Notes: generated by a model from the letters alone, not told the origin. Positions 48,468 to 58,656 are shown, counted from the stretch's first letter. The stretch: 64,000 nt of DNA from Bacillota bacterium (GCA_049718765.1 JBNARI010000001.1:109697-173696), one strand, 5' to 3'. Numbers and translations are program-made.

Positions 48468-50693
48468 GTGGAGCATGAAGCGTGGAGAAGGCTTGGCCTG
48501 AAAGAGGGCGAGTACCAGAAGATAGTGGACGAGCTCGGGAGGGAACCCAACTGGACCGAGCTGGGGATGTTTTCCGTTCTCTGGTCTGAACACTGCGCTT
48601 ACAAGCATTCCAAGCGCACGTTGAAGCAGCTGCCCACTTCGGGCCCGCGAGTGCTGGTGGGGCCAGGGGAGAACGCTGGGGTGATCGACTTCGGGGACGG
48701 GCTTGCCCTGGTTATGAAAATTGAAAGCCACAATCACCCGGTGGCTGTGGAGCCATACCAAGGCGCTGCAACTGGGGTTGGCGGCATTGTGCGTGACGTC
48801 CTTGCCATGGGAGCCAGACCGGTGGCCCTACTGGATTCCCTGCGCTTTGGTCCTCTAAATGAGGCGCGCAATAAGTTTTTGTTTGGGGGCACGGTAGCTG
48901 GGATTGCGGCCTATGGCAACTGCATTGGGGTACCAACCGTTGGTGGAGAAATCTACTTCGAAGAGGCCTATTCCCTGAACCCCCTTTGCAACGTTATGTG
49001 TGTGGGCATTGTGCAGAAACACAGGGTGCAGCGGGGCGTTGCCTCTGGGGTGGGCAATTCGGTGATCCTGGTAGGGAATACCACCGGGAGGGACGGCATC
49101 CACGGATGCACCTTCGCCTCAGAGGAGTTGGGAGAAGAGACTGAGGCCAAGCGCCCAAACGTTCAGGTGGGGGACCCGTTTACCGAGAAGCTGTTGCTCG
49201 AGGCATGCCTGGAACTAATTGAGACAGGAGCGGTAGTTGGCATTCAGGACATGGGTGCGGCAGGCATCACTTCTTCGTGTGCTGAGACTGCTGCCAGGGC
49301 TGGCACCGGGATTGAGCTGTACGTGGACAGGGTGCCCCTGCGCGAAGCAGGCATGACCCCATACGAGATCATGCTGTCTGAGTCCCAGGAGCGGATGTTG
49401 CTCATCGTTAGGAAGGGCATGGAAGAAGTAGTCTACCGGGTTTGCGAGAAGTGGGGCCTCAATGCAGCCAGGATTGGCGTGGTCACTGGGGACGGCATGC
49501 TCAGGGTAAAGCATTTAGGAGAGACCGTAGCTGAAGTACCGGCGAAGCTGCTCGCTGAGGGTGCCCCTTCCTATTGCCCTGAATCGGTTGAGCCTGGCTA
49601 CCTAAGGGAGACTAGAAGGCTGGAAGCGAGTGAGGTTTACGAGCCTGATGATTTAGGCACGTGTTTGAAAACGCTGCTTTCATCGCCTTCGGTAGCTTCC
49701 AAGCGATACGTTTACAGGCAGTACGACCACATGGTGCGCACGGACACTGTCGTGCTCCCGGGCGCGGACGCGGCAGTCCTGAGGGTGAAAGGCACGGGCA
49801 AAGGATTTGCGGTTTGTACCGATGGCAACGGCAGGTACTGCTACCTAGACCCCAAGACCGGAGCAATGCTTGCTGTGGCAGAAGCAGCGCGCAACGTGTG
49901 CTGCGTTGGTGCAGAGCCTGTAGCCATAACAAATTGCCTCAATTTTGGCAACCCCGAGAAGCCAGAGGTGTTCTGGCAGTTCTCCCAGGTAGTGGAAGGA
50001 ATGAAACTGGCGTGCCAGGCTCTAGGCACGCCTGTAACAGGTGGGAACGTGAGCTTCTATAACGAAACTAGCGGCAAGCCCATATACCCAACGCCGGTCA
50101 TCGGGATGCTGGGACTTCTCCAGGAGGTGCAGGCAACCTGTACTGCTGAGTTCAAAGTGGAAGGGGACCTGATCGGGCTGTTGGGCCCTCTTGCGCCAAC
50201 CAAGGTTGGGGGCTGGCTTGGAGGTTCGGAATACCTGTGCAGGGTACACGGCATGGTAAAAGGTATTCCTGCGGGGATAGATTTGGCCCTGGAGAAGAAA
50301 GTGCAGAAAGCGGTAGTGGAAGCAATAAGGAAGGGCTGGATTAACTCCGCCCACGACGTTTCCGACGGCGGGCTTGCCGTGACGATTGCAGAATGTTGTT
50401 TTGGCAGCGGTGTGCTGGCTCCCATTGGCGCTCGGGTGGAGCTTCCCTGCGTTGAGCGGCGGGACGAACTGTTGTTTGGGGAGGCCCCGTCCAGGGTGGT
50501 GATCTCTTTCGATCCTTCGAGGCTTGGAGACCTACAGGAGTTGGCCCTGAGTCACGGTGTGCCCTTCAGCGTAATTGGACAGGTGGGAGGAAGGGAGCTA
50601 ACGATTCTTTCTGGCGGCACGAAGTTAGTCGAGGAAGAAGTGTTCAGTCTGCTGGAACTCTGGCAGGAGGCGATTCCATGCCTTATGGGCTGA
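48468..50693 (+). CDS. purL: FGAM synthase II (PurL large subunit)
   Basis: EAWRRLGLKEGEYQKIVDELGREPNWTELGMFSVLWSEHCAYKHSK…; tandem AIRS-like domains. Confidence 0.95.
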   Translation: MEHEAWRRLGLKEGEYQKIVDELGREPNWTELGMFSVLWSEHCAYKHSKRTLKQLPTSGPRVLVGPGENAGVIDFGDGLALVMKIESHNHPVAVEPYQGAATGVGGIVRDVLAMGARPVALLDSLRFGPLNEARNKFLFGGTVAGIAAYGNCIGVPTVGGEIYFEEAYSLNPLCNVMCVGIVQKHRVQRGVASGVGNSVILVGNTTGRDGIHGCTFASEELGEETEAKRPNVQVGDPFTEKLLLEACLELIETGAVVGIQDMGAAGITSSCAETAARAGTGIELYVDRVPLREAGMTPYEIMLSESQERMLLIVRKGMEEVVYRVCEKWGLNAARIGVVTGDGMLRVKHLGETVAEVPAKLLAEGAPSYCPESVEPGYLRETRRLEASEVYEPDDLGTCLKTLLSSPSVASKRYVYRQYDHMVRTDTVVLPGADAAVLRVKGTGKGFAVCTDGNGRYCYLDPKTGAMLAVAEAARNVCCVGAEPVAITNCLNFGNPEKPEVFWQFSQVVEGMKLACQALGTPVTGGNVSFYNETSGKPIYPTPVIGMLGLLQEVQATCTAEFKVEGDLIGLLGPLAPTKVGGWLGGSEYLCRVHGMVKGIPAGIDLALEKKVQKAVVEAIRKGWINSAHDVSDGGLAVTIAECCFGSGVLAPIGARVELPCVERRDELLFGEAPSRVVISFDPSRLGDLQELALSHGVPFSVIGQVGGRELTILSGGTKLVEEEVFSLLELWQEAIPCLMG

Positions 50694-52087
50694 GGGAAGA
50701 GTGCGGCGTGTTTGGGGTGTTCGGCTGCGAGGACGCTGCGGTCGTGACCAAGCACGCACTCTTGGCTTTGCAGCACAGGGGTCAGGAGAGCGCCGGCATA
50801 GCTTCATCTGACGGCCATCGCCTTCGCGCACACAAGGGTATGGGGCTTGTGAGCGAGGTGTTCGGCGGTGGGAAGGAGCTACAACTGCCCGGCACGAGCG
50901 CCATTGGACACGTGCGCTATTCCACCACAGGGGCCAGCAGCATTTCCAATGCCCAACCTCTGTTGGTAAGGTACTGCGGCGGTGAGCTCGCTGTTGCTCA
51001 CAACGGCAACCTTGTGAACGCTGCTGCCATTAGGAGGGAGTTGGAAGCCCAGGGCTCCATATTCCAGACCACTATGGATACAGAGGTAATCGCCCACTTG
51101 GTGGCAAGGGAAGGCAACGTGGATTTCCTGGAGGCTCTGGGCGTTTGCTTGCGGAAGCTGAGGGGGGCATACGCCCTGGTTTTCCTCCAACCATCCAGGA
51201 TGTTTGCGGTGCGCGACCCCACGGGCATCAGACCTTTGTCCGTTGGGCGCCTTGGAGCTGGTTGGGTGGTCGCGTCGGAAAGCTGTGCTTTCGACGCCAT
51301 AGGGGCAGAATTCGTGAGGGACGTGGCGCCTGGGGAAGCCCTTGTATTCGAAGAAGGCCACATGCGCGCTGTGCAGCTTTTGCCTGGAAGTCCCGGGAGG
51401 CTTTGCTCCTTTGAATACATTTACTTTGCCAGACCCGACTCTGACCTTGAGGGGATCAACGTCCATTCGGCCAGGAAAAGGATGGGCCGGGCATTGGCGA
51501 GGAACTGCCCTGTGGAGGCGGACTTGGTGGTGGGAGTTCCCGATTCCAGCATATCCGCTGCGTCGGGGTTCGCAGAAGAAGCTGGGATCCCCTACGAGAT
51601 GGGTCTAGTCAAAAACAGGTACATTGGGAGGACTTTCATTCAGCCTGACCAGCGCCTTCGTGAAGCAAGCGTGAGATTGAAGCTCAACCCCCTTCGCCGG
51701 GTGATAGAAGGAAAGAGGGTTGTGCTTGTGGACGACTCTATCGTGAGGGGAACCACCATGAAACGCATAGTGGGCCTCCTAAGGGAAGCGGGGGCGCGGG
51801 AAGTGCACGTGCGTGTGAGTTCGCCGCCATACAGGTTCCCCTGCTTCTATGGGATTGACACTTCGGCGGAAGGGGAGCTTGTGGCAGCCCGGATGTGCGT
51901 GGAGGAAATAAGGCGCTTGGTGGACGCGGATTCGTTATACTACCTTTCGGAAGAAGCCCTTGCCAGCGCAATAGGTAGGCCGGCGGAACGCCTGTGTACC
52001 GCGTGTTTTAACGGTTCGTATCCTGTGCCAATTGAAGGCGCTGAGGGGAAGTTTGCCCTAGAGGGCCATGAGGATAGGCGGTGGTGA
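50678..52087 (+). CDS. purF: amidophosphoribosyltransferase
   Basis: N-terminal nucleophile CGVFGVFG after the initiator region, a PRTase domain and C-terminal Fe-S Cys ligands (CTACFNGSYP). GGCAGGAGG ribosome-binding site. Confidence 0.95.
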   Translation: MPYGLREECGVFGVFGCEDAAVVTKHALLALQHRGQESAGIASSDGHRLRAHKGMGLVSEVFGGGKELQLPGTSAIGHVRYSTTGASSISNAQPLLVRYCGGELAVAHNGNLVNAAAIRRELEAQGSIFQTTMDTEVIAHLVAREGNVDFLEALGVCLRKLRGAYALVFLQPSRMFAVRDPTGIRPLSVGRLGAGWVVASESCAFDAIGAEFVRDVAPGEALVFEEGHMRAVQLLPGSPGRLCSFEYIYFARPDSDLEGINVHSARKRMGRALARNCPVEADLVVGVPDSSISAASGFAEEAGIPYEMGLVKNRYIGRTFIQPDQRLREASVRLKLNPLRRVIEGKRVVLVDDSIVRGTTMKRIVGLLREAGAREVHVRVSSPPYRFPCFYGIDTSAEGELVAARMCVEEIRRLVDADSLYYLSEEALASAIGRPAERLCTACFNGSYPVPIEGAEGKFALEGHEDRRW

Positions 52088-52089
52088 CC

Positions 52090-53175
52090 ATGGAAGGCAA
52101 AGCCAAGGGCTCCCATGCCTTAGGAAGTTCCCAAGCGTATGCTCGGGCGGGCGTTGACATAGACGCTGCTGGTAGACTTGCACCAATACTGGAATCCATT
52201 GCGCGGGGCACTTACACAAGTGGAGTGCTGTCTGGCGTAGGGGGATTTGCAGGCTTGTTTGAACTGGACAGCAGCGCTGCAACTCGCCCTGTGCTGGCGG
52301 CCAGTTGCGATGGGGTTGGAACCAAGCTCAAGGTAGCCCAAATGCTAGGCGTGAACCACACAGTTGGCATTGACTGTGTGGCCATGAACGTGGACGACGT
52401 GGTGTGTACAGGGGCCAAGCCCCTTTTCTTCTTGGACTACATTGCGGTGGGTCGTCACAATCCAGAGCTCATCCAGGATGTGGTTGCTGGAGTGGCCGAA
52501 GGCTGCCGCCTGGCGGGATGTGCTCTCCTGGGCGGAGAGACGGCTCAAATGCCTGGTTTTTACGACGAAGGTGAATATGAGCTCGCCGGGTTTGCGGTGG
52601 GAGTGGTCGACAGGGAAAAGCTTATCGACGGTAGCGCTGTTTCCCCCGGGGATGCCCTGGTGGGTTTGCACTCCTCAGGACTTCATTCCAACGGTTACAG
52701 CCTGGTGAGGAAAGTTTTGCTGGAAGATGCCAAGATGCGTCTCGAGGACCATGTGCCAGAGCTGGGCAGGACCCTGGGCGAGGAGCTGCTCGAACCCACT
52801 CGCATTTACGCGCCGGCAGTAGTGCAAAGCTTGTGCCAGTTCCAAGTGCATGGAGTGGCACACATCACTGGTGGAGGTCTATACGAGAACTTGCCTCGGG
52901 TATTGCCAATGGGATGCCGGGCGCTTGTACGCCGGGGCAGTTGGCCAGAGCCAGCAGTATTCCACCTGATCAAGGAAAAGGGTGGTTTGCCCTGGAGGGA
53001 GATGTTCCGCACATTCAACATGGGCATAGGAATGGTGCTCATTGTGGGAGAGGATCAGGCAGAGGAGTGTGCAAGGTGGTTTAGGACCCAAGGCATTGGG
53101 GCAAGCCTCGTGGGCGAGGTAGTTGCCTCGACGCCTGGCGAAGTGCCCAGCGTGGAAGTGGAGGGGTTGAATTGA
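52090..53175 (+). CDS. purM: AIR synthetase
   Basis: YARAGVDIDAAGRLA…AASCDGVGTKLKVAQ… Start at ATG 52090 (track GTG 52081). Confidence 0.9.
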   Translation: MEGKAKGSHALGSSQAYARAGVDIDAAGRLAPILESIARGTYTSGVLSGVGGFAGLFELDSSAATRPVLAASCDGVGTKLKVAQMLGVNHTVGIDCVAMNVDDVVCTGAKPLFFLDYIAVGRHNPELIQDVVAGVAEGCRLAGCALLGGETAQMPGFYDEGEYELAGFAVGVVDREKLIDGSAVSPGDALVGLHSSGLHSNGYSLVRKVLLEDAKMRLEDHVPELGRTLGEELLEPTRIYAPAVVQSLCQFQVHGVAHITGGGLYENLPRVLPMGCRALVRRGSWPEPAVFHLIKEKGGLPWREMFRTFNMGIGMVLIVGEDQAEECARWFRTQGIGASLVGEVVASTPGEVPSVEVEGLN

Positions 53176-53798
53176 AGGAGCCTCTGCGAATTGGCGTGCT
53201 GGCCTCCGGGAGGGGAAGCAACCTTCAGGCGTTGATGGACGCCTGCAGGAGCGGATTCATACCTGGGGAAATAGTGGTGGTGATAAGTGACAGGCCAAGC
53301 GCGCTAGCGTTGGAACGCGCGCGTTGTGCCGGGATAGAAGCAGTTGGGATTGATCCCTCCAAAGTGGGCGGGATGGCCGGGTTTGAGAGAGAAGCGGCCA
53401 GGATCCTCAAGGATAGGCAGGCTGGCCTGGTATGCCTGGCGGGATTCATGCGGGTGCTCAGTCCGGCTTTCTTGAAGGAATTCCCCAACCGCGTATTGAA
53501 TATACATCCTTCGTTGCTTCCTTCGTTCCCAGGATTGGAAGCACAGCGCCAGGCACTGGAATACGGGGTGAAAATCACCGGGTGCACAGTGCATTTTGTG
53601 GACGAACAGGTGGACCACGGGCCAATTGTGATCCAAGCCGCAGTGCCTGTGCTGGAGGACGACACTGTGGAATCCCTGTCCGAGAGGATCCTGAGGGAAG
53701 AACACAGGATTTACCCAGAGGCTGTGCGGCTTTTTGCCACTGGCCGCCTTAACATTGTTGGCAGGCGCGTTCGCGTCTTGCCAGAAGGCGACGAGTAA
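53172..53798 (+). CDS. purN: GAR formyltransferase
   Basis: LRIGVLASGRGSNLQAL…NIHPSLLPSFPG…TGCTVHFVDEQVDHGPII. TTG start overlaps the purM stop. Confidence 0.9.
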   Translation: MKEPLRIGVLASGRGSNLQALMDACRSGFIPGEIVVVISDRPSALALERARCAGIEAVGIDPSKVGGMAGFEREAARILKDRQAGLVCLAGFMRVLSPAFLKEFPNRVLNIHPSLLPSFPGLEAQRQALEYGVKITGCTVHFVDEQVDHGPIVIQAAVPVLEDDTVESLSERILREEHRIYPEAVRLFATGRLNIVGRRVRVLPEGDE

Positions 53799-53810
53799 GG
53801 GGGTATCCGC

Positions 53811-55349
53811 TTGGGGAACATCGCAGTGATAAGCGTCTATGACAAGCAAGGAGTTGTGGAATTTGCAACGGGCCTCACCCAACTGGGTTATGAGATCGTG
53901 TCCACTGGGGGCACTGCAAAGGCACTGAGGGAGGGCGGAGTGCAAGTAACAGAAGTCTCCGACCTAACCGGTTTCCCCGAAATACTGGACGGGAGGGTCA
54001 AGACCCTTAATCCTGTGATCTTTGCTGGCATCTTGGCCCGGCGTGCAGTTGGCCAACACATGGCTGAGCTTGAGAAACGGGGGATTAAGCCCGTTGACGT
54101 TGTAGCCGTGAACTTGTACCCCTTTGAGGACACGGTGAAGAAGCCAGGGGTGACCATGGATGAGGCGGTGGAGAACATCGACATAGGGGGACCGTCCCTG
54201 CTTAGGGCTGCGGCCAAGAACCACGAGGACGTGGCAGTGGTGTGCGATCCATCTGACTATTCCTGGGTGCTTGAAGCCCTGCAAAACGGTACCTTGAACG
54301 GGGACCGCAGGCGGCAGCTTGCGGCCAAGGCGTTCTACCTCACGGCTTGTTACGACTCGCTGATTGCTTCGTTCATGGCCAAGAAGGCAGGGGTCGACCT
54401 GCAGCAGTTCCCCGAAAGGCTGACGCTTCACTTCCAAAAGAAGATGGACCTCAGGTACGGTGAGAACCCCCATCAGAGGGCGGCCTTCTACGTTGAACCC
54501 TTCTCCCAAGAGGTGACTATTGCAGGGGCTCGCCAATTGCAGGGGAAGGAGCTGTCCTTCAACAACATCCTCGATGCCGATGCGGCGCTAAACATTGTCA
54601 AGGAGTTCGACCAGCCCGCGGCAGTTGTGGTGAAGCACACCAACCCTTGCGGCTGCGCGGTGGGTGAGACCCTTTCCGAGGCGTTCCGGAAGGCATACGA
54701 AAGTGATCCTGTGTCCATTTTCGGAGGCATAGTGGCCTTCAACAGGAAACTGGACCCTGAGACAGCCAGGCGTCTGGCTGATATATTCCTTGAAATCGTA
54801 ATTGCACCTGAGTTCGACGACGAGGCCCTTGAAGTCTTGAGCAAAAAGACCAACCTGCGGGTGCTTGCAACCGGACACTGGCTTGGGCACCCGTCCCAGG
54901 GCAGGGACTTGCGCAAAGTGCGCGGCGGCCTGCTCCTGCAGGACGCCGACACTCAGGATGCGGAGCATTGGCGAGTGGTGACAGACAAGGAACCCACGCC
55001 TGAGCAACTGGCAGACTTGCGATTTGCGTGGAAAGTGGTGAAGCACGTCAAGTCTAACGCAGTGGTGCTTGCCAAAGGCAGGCAAACCATGGGCATTGGC
55101 GCTGGACAAATGAACAGGATAGACGCTGCCAAGATTGCCATTGCCCACGCTGGGGAGGCTGCTGTTGGATGCGTGCTTGCGTCTGACGGTTTCTTCCCCT
55201 TCCCAGATGTGGTTGAGGCTGCCACCAACGCTGGCATAGTTGCAATTGTGCAGCCTGGTGGCTCCATTAGGGACAACGAGTCCATTGCGATGGCAAACCA
55301 AAAGGGGATTGCAATGCTGTTTACGGGAGTGCGCCACTTCAAGCATTGA
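53811..55349 (+). CDS. purH: bifunctional AICAR transformylase / IMP cyclohydrolase
   Basis: NIAVISVYDKQGVVEFA…GGTAKAL…; MGS-like plus AICARFT domains. TTG start after TAAGGGGGT. Confidence 0.95.
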   Translation: MGNIAVISVYDKQGVVEFATGLTQLGYEIVSTGGTAKALREGGVQVTEVSDLTGFPEILDGRVKTLNPVIFAGILARRAVGQHMAELEKRGIKPVDVVAVNLYPFEDTVKKPGVTMDEAVENIDIGGPSLLRAAAKNHEDVAVVCDPSDYSWVLEALQNGTLNGDRRRQLAAKAFYLTACYDSLIASFMAKKAGVDLQQFPERLTLHFQKKMDLRYGENPHQRAAFYVEPFSQEVTIAGARQLQGKELSFNNILDADAALNIVKEFDQPAAVVVKHTNPCGCAVGETLSEAFRKAYESDPVSIFGGIVAFNRKLDPETARRLADIFLEIVIAPEFDDEALEVLSKKTNLRVLATGHWLGHPSQGRDLRKVRGGLLLQDADTQDAEHWRVVTDKEPTPEQLADLRFAWKVVKHVKSNAVVLAKGRQTMGIGAGQMNRIDAAKIAIAHAGEAAVGCVLASDGFFPFPDVVEAATNAGIVAIVQPGGSIRDNESIAMANQKGIAMLFTGVRHFKH

Positions 55350-55363
55350 GGGGGAGCAACGGG

Positions 55364-56626
55364 GTGAAGGTACTGATAGTAGGCTCGGGAGGAAGGGAGC
55401 ACGCCATTGCGTGGGCAGTCTCCAGGAGCAGTAGGGTGGAGCAGATATATGCGGCACCGGGGAATGCTGGGATTGCGGAGATTGCGGAATGTGTGCCTAT
55501 CCAGGCAAACCAAGTGAGAGCCTTGGCCGAATTCGCCCATGACAAAGGCATAGACTTGACTGTGGTTGGACCGGAGCTGCCACTAGCAATGGGTATTGTA
55601 GATGGATTTGCTGCTCGAGGGCTGAAGTGTTTTGGCCCGACGGCGGCAGCTGCAAGGATTGAGAGCAGTAAGATATGGGCAAAACAGTTCATGAAGAGGC
55701 ACGGAATACCCACCGCAGCGTTTCAGTGGTTTGATTCGATTGAACCAGCTCTCAGTTACGTTCGTGCACAGAAGGGTGGCGTAGTAATTAAAGCGGATGG
55801 GCTGGCTGCGGGTAAGGGGGCTGTTGTGGTTGGGGACTCCGGGGAAGCAGAACAGGTACTCAAGGCATTCATGGAGAAGCGAGCCCTAGGGGATGCGGGT
55901 GCCAGGGTAGTAATCGAGGAACGGCTGCAAGGCCCAGAGGTTTCGGTTATGGCGCTTTGCGACGGCGAGCGCGTTGTACCCCTCGCACCAGCGCAGGACT
56001 ACAAACGGGCCTACGATTGCGACCAGGGACCCAACACGGGTGGCATGGGTGCCTACTCTCCTGTGCCCTTGCTGGATACAGTTACAATGGAGCGGATATA
56101 CTCGCAGATATTAGTTCCCACAGTAAGGGGTCTTAAGTCTGAGGGCATTGAGTACGTTGGGGTACTCTACGCAGGACTGATGCTTACAGACGAAGGGCCC
56201 AAGGTACTCGAATTCAACTGCCGCTTCGGTGACCCCGAGACCCAAGTGGTACTTCCTAGACTTGAAAGCGATTTAGTTTCATTGCTGGAAGCTTGTGTCG
56301 ACCGCAGGTTGGGGAGTGTACCCGTTAAATGGAGTCCCAGCGCTTGTGTGTGCGTGGTCGTAGCGTCACAGGGGTACCCAGGGGAGTACAGTAAGGGTAT
56401 GCCCATCACAGGTATGGAAGAGGCAAAGAAGACTGAGGGCGTGATGCTGTTCCACGCGGGCACTGCCGTGGAAAACGGTAGAGTGGTGACTGCGGGCGGG
56501 CGAGTGATGGGAGTGACTGCTGTGGACACTGACATCGGCAGGGCAAGGGCAAAAGCGTACGAGGCGGTCAGCAAGATCAAGTTCGGGGGGATGTTTTACA
56601 GGCGTGACATTGCAGCGAAGCACTGA
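55364..56626 (+). CDS. purD: GAR synthetase
   Basis: VKVLIVGSGGREHAIAWA…, an ATP-grasp fold. GTG at 55364 lies 6 nt after GAGGGGGAG; the track ORF starts at an upstream TTG at 55346. Confidence 0.9.
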   Translation: MKVLIVGSGGREHAIAWAVSRSSRVEQIYAAPGNAGIAEIAECVPIQANQVRALAEFAHDKGIDLTVVGPELPLAMGIVDGFAARGLKCFGPTAAAARIESSKIWAKQFMKRHGIPTAAFQWFDSIEPALSYVRAQKGGVVIKADGLAAGKGAVVVGDSGEAEQVLKAFMEKRALGDAGARVVIEERLQGPEVSVMALCDGERVVPLAPAQDYKRAYDCDQGPNTGGMGAYSPVPLLDTVTMERIYSQILVPTVRGLKSEGIEYVGVLYAGLMLTDEGPKVLEFNCRFGDPETQVVLPRLESDLVSLLEACVDRRLGSVPVKWSPSACVCVVVASQGYPGEYSKGMPITGMEEAKKTEGVMLFHAGTAVENGRVVTAGGRVMGVTAVDTDIGRARAKAYEAVSKIKFGGMFYRRDIAAKH

Positions 56627-57110
56627 ACTGAAGGGTGTCCGGTATCTTGCGAAGGTGGCGGTAATCGCTTCGTTGTATGCGTTGTTTACCGTGTTGCCCC
56701 CCTTCAACAGCCTGAGTTATGGTCCTGTGCAAGTAAGGATATCTGAAGCGCTCACAGTTTTGCCATACCTTACAGGTGCTGCTGTGCCTGGGTTAGTGCT
56801 GGGTTGCCTCCTGGGTAATCTTGGAAGCCCATTCCTGGTGTGGGATCTCACGGTAGGTGTTGGTGCTACCGCGCTTGCGGCCTTTCTCACTCGTCGTGTG
56901 TCCAAAGTGTGGCTGGCGCCCCTTCCGCCGGTAGTAGTCAATAGTTTGTTGGTCTCGACGTATGTGAGCACCCTTACCCAAACCCCTTACATCCTCACTG
57001 CGTGCTATATTGGACTGGGAGAGGTAGTGTCCTGCTACTTAGTTGGCCTGCCGCTGCTCATTTCGATACGCAGAAATAGGAGGCTGGTGGACCTGCTGCG
57101 GGAAGGTTAA
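56604..57110 (+). CDS. QueT-like small membrane protein (putative queuosine-precursor / ECF S-component-type transporter)
   Basis: 168 aa, 5–6 transmembrane segments. N-terminal VAVIASLYALFTVLPPFNSLSYGPVQVRISEALTVLPYL resembles the QueT-family (PF06177) N-terminus. GTG start overlaps the purD end by about 23 nt. No upstream riboswitch is possible. Confidence 0.5.
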   Translation: MTLQRSTELKGVRYLAKVAVIASLYALFTVLPPFNSLSYGPVQVRISEALTVLPYLTGAAVPGLVLGCLLGNLGSPFLVWDLTVGVGATALAAFLTRRVSKVWLAPLPPVVVNSLLVSTYVSTLTQTPYILTACYIGLGEVVSCYLVGLPLLISIRRNRRLVDLLREG

Positions 57111-57174
57111 TGGGCTCACGTCACAGATTGTGCTGGAACTCACCATAAAAGGAGCGGATAATTAGGAATAAGGG

Positions 57175-58656
57175 ATGGCCAGAGGACTTGGCTCTGTGCC
57201 AAGGGGGGTGGAGTGGGTGAGCCTTCCCCAGACAGACTACAGACTCCTCTTTGAATCCATGTTGACCCATTTGAAGCAAGGAGTGCTCGTGGTAGATGAC
57301 GGGGCAAATGTAGTGTTTTATAACGAGCCCGTTACAGAGATTGCAGGGATCGAACCAGAAAAGGCAATAGGCAAGAACATTCTTGAAGTGTTTCCTGATT
57401 TGACTCCAGAGACGAGCACGTTCTACTACGTGCTGAGAACAGGCAGGCCACTCATCGACCACGTTCAAACATATGTGAATTCCCGCGGTAAACAGGTGAC
57501 CATAGTCAGTTCCACCATGCCGTTGACAAAGAACGGCAAGGTTGTTGGCGCTTTCGAGCTTTACAGGGATTTCTCCAGCGCGCGGGAACTTTCCGACAAG
57601 ATCCTTTCACTGCAAAGGGAGCTGTACAAGAAGACTCCATGGGAAAAAGCTTGGCGGGACAACCGGGCGGTGTATACCTTCGAGGACATAGTGTACCAGA
57701 GCAGCGTAATGATCGATCTGATTAACAAGGCAAGGAAAGTTGCAGACAGTCCATCGCCGCTATTGGTGTGGGGTGAGACTGGTACAGGTAAGGAGCTGCT
57801 GGTCCAGGCCATACACAATGCAAGCAGAAGACGGGACAAGCCTTTCATTGCGCAAAACTGCGCAGCTCTGCCCAAGACGCTACTAGAAGGAATTCTTTTC
57901 GGTACCACTGCTGGCAGCTTCACTGGTGCCAAGGACAGACCAGGTCTTTTCGAGCTGGCTGATGGGGGGACGCTTTTTCTGGACGAAATCAATGCGATGG
58001 ATGTGGAACTCCAGGCGAAGCTGCTGCGCGCAGTTCAAGATGGGGTGATACGCAGGATAGGAGGCCTTAGATGCAGAGTGGTTGATGTAAGGGTTATAGC
58101 CTCTGCCAATGAGGATCCGGTAAAGGCGATGAAGAACAGGTCCCTGAGAGAGGATCTTTATTACAGGCTCAGCGTGATCGGTTTAGCGGTACCGCCTCTC
58201 AGGGACAGGAAAGAGGACATACCTCTACTAGTTGAGCATTTTATAGGGATGTACAACAAGCAACTGGGCAAGAAGGTGAGGGGCGTTTCTCGTGACGCAA
58301 TGCAAGTGCTGATTAACTACTACTGGCCGGGAAATGTGCGGCAACTGAAGTCCACCGTAGAAAGCATCATGACTTTCATCGAAGCCGACGTTGAAACTGT
58401 AGAGGCGAAGCACCTTCCTGCAAGTATCCTTTGTTGCTCCTCTCAGGAAGAGGAGTACCGCAATTTTAGCCCTGAATTCTCGTCTAACGCTCCTTCTTTG
58501 GCCGAGGCAGTGGACACGTTTGAGAGGAATATGATTATGAATGCTCTGCTCAAGGCTAAGGGCAATTGTGCTGAAGCAGCCCGGATTTTGAGGGTCCCAC
58601 GGCAGACGCTTCATAACAAAATGAAAAAGCACGCCATAACCAAACCACAACTCTGA
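57175..58656 (+). CDS. sigma-54-dependent transcriptional activator with N-terminal PAS sensor and C-terminal Fis-type HTH
   Basis: PAS domain (residues about 20–130). AAA+ sigma-54 interaction domain: Walker A GETGTGKE, GAFTGA-type loop GSFTGA, Walker B LFLDE, and R-finger region. C-terminal AARILRVPRQTLHNKMKKH. Confidence 0.85.
   Translation: MARGLGSVPRGVEWVSLPQTDYRLLFESMLTHLKQGVLVVDDGANVVFYNEPVTEIAGIEPEKAIGKNILEVFPDLTPETSTFYYVLRTGRPLIDHVQTYVNSRGKQVTIVSSTMPLTKNGKVVGAFELYRDFSSARELSDKILSLQRELYKKTPWEKAWRDNRAVYTFEDIVYQSSVMIDLINKARKVADSPSPLLVWGETGTGKELLVQAIHNASRRRDKPFIAQNCAALPKTLLEGILFGTTAGSFTGAKDRPGLFELADGGTLFLDEINAMDVELQAKLLRAVQDGVIRRIGGLRCRVVDVRVIASANEDPVKAMKNRSLREDLYYRLSVIGLAVPPLRDRKEDIPLLVEHFIGMYNKQLGKKVRGVSRDAMQVLINYYWPGNVRQLKSTVESIMTFIEADVETVEAKHLPASILCCSSQEEEYRNFSPEFSSNAPSLAEAVDTFERNMIMNALLKAKGNCAEAARILRVPRQTLHNKMKKHAITKPQL

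Noticed and set aside
56580-56660. preQ1 riboswitch upstream of the QueT-like gene
   Set aside because: The gene overlaps or abuts the purD stop, so there is no intergenic space for an aptamer, and no AGAGGUUC…AAAAAACUA-type sequence is present.
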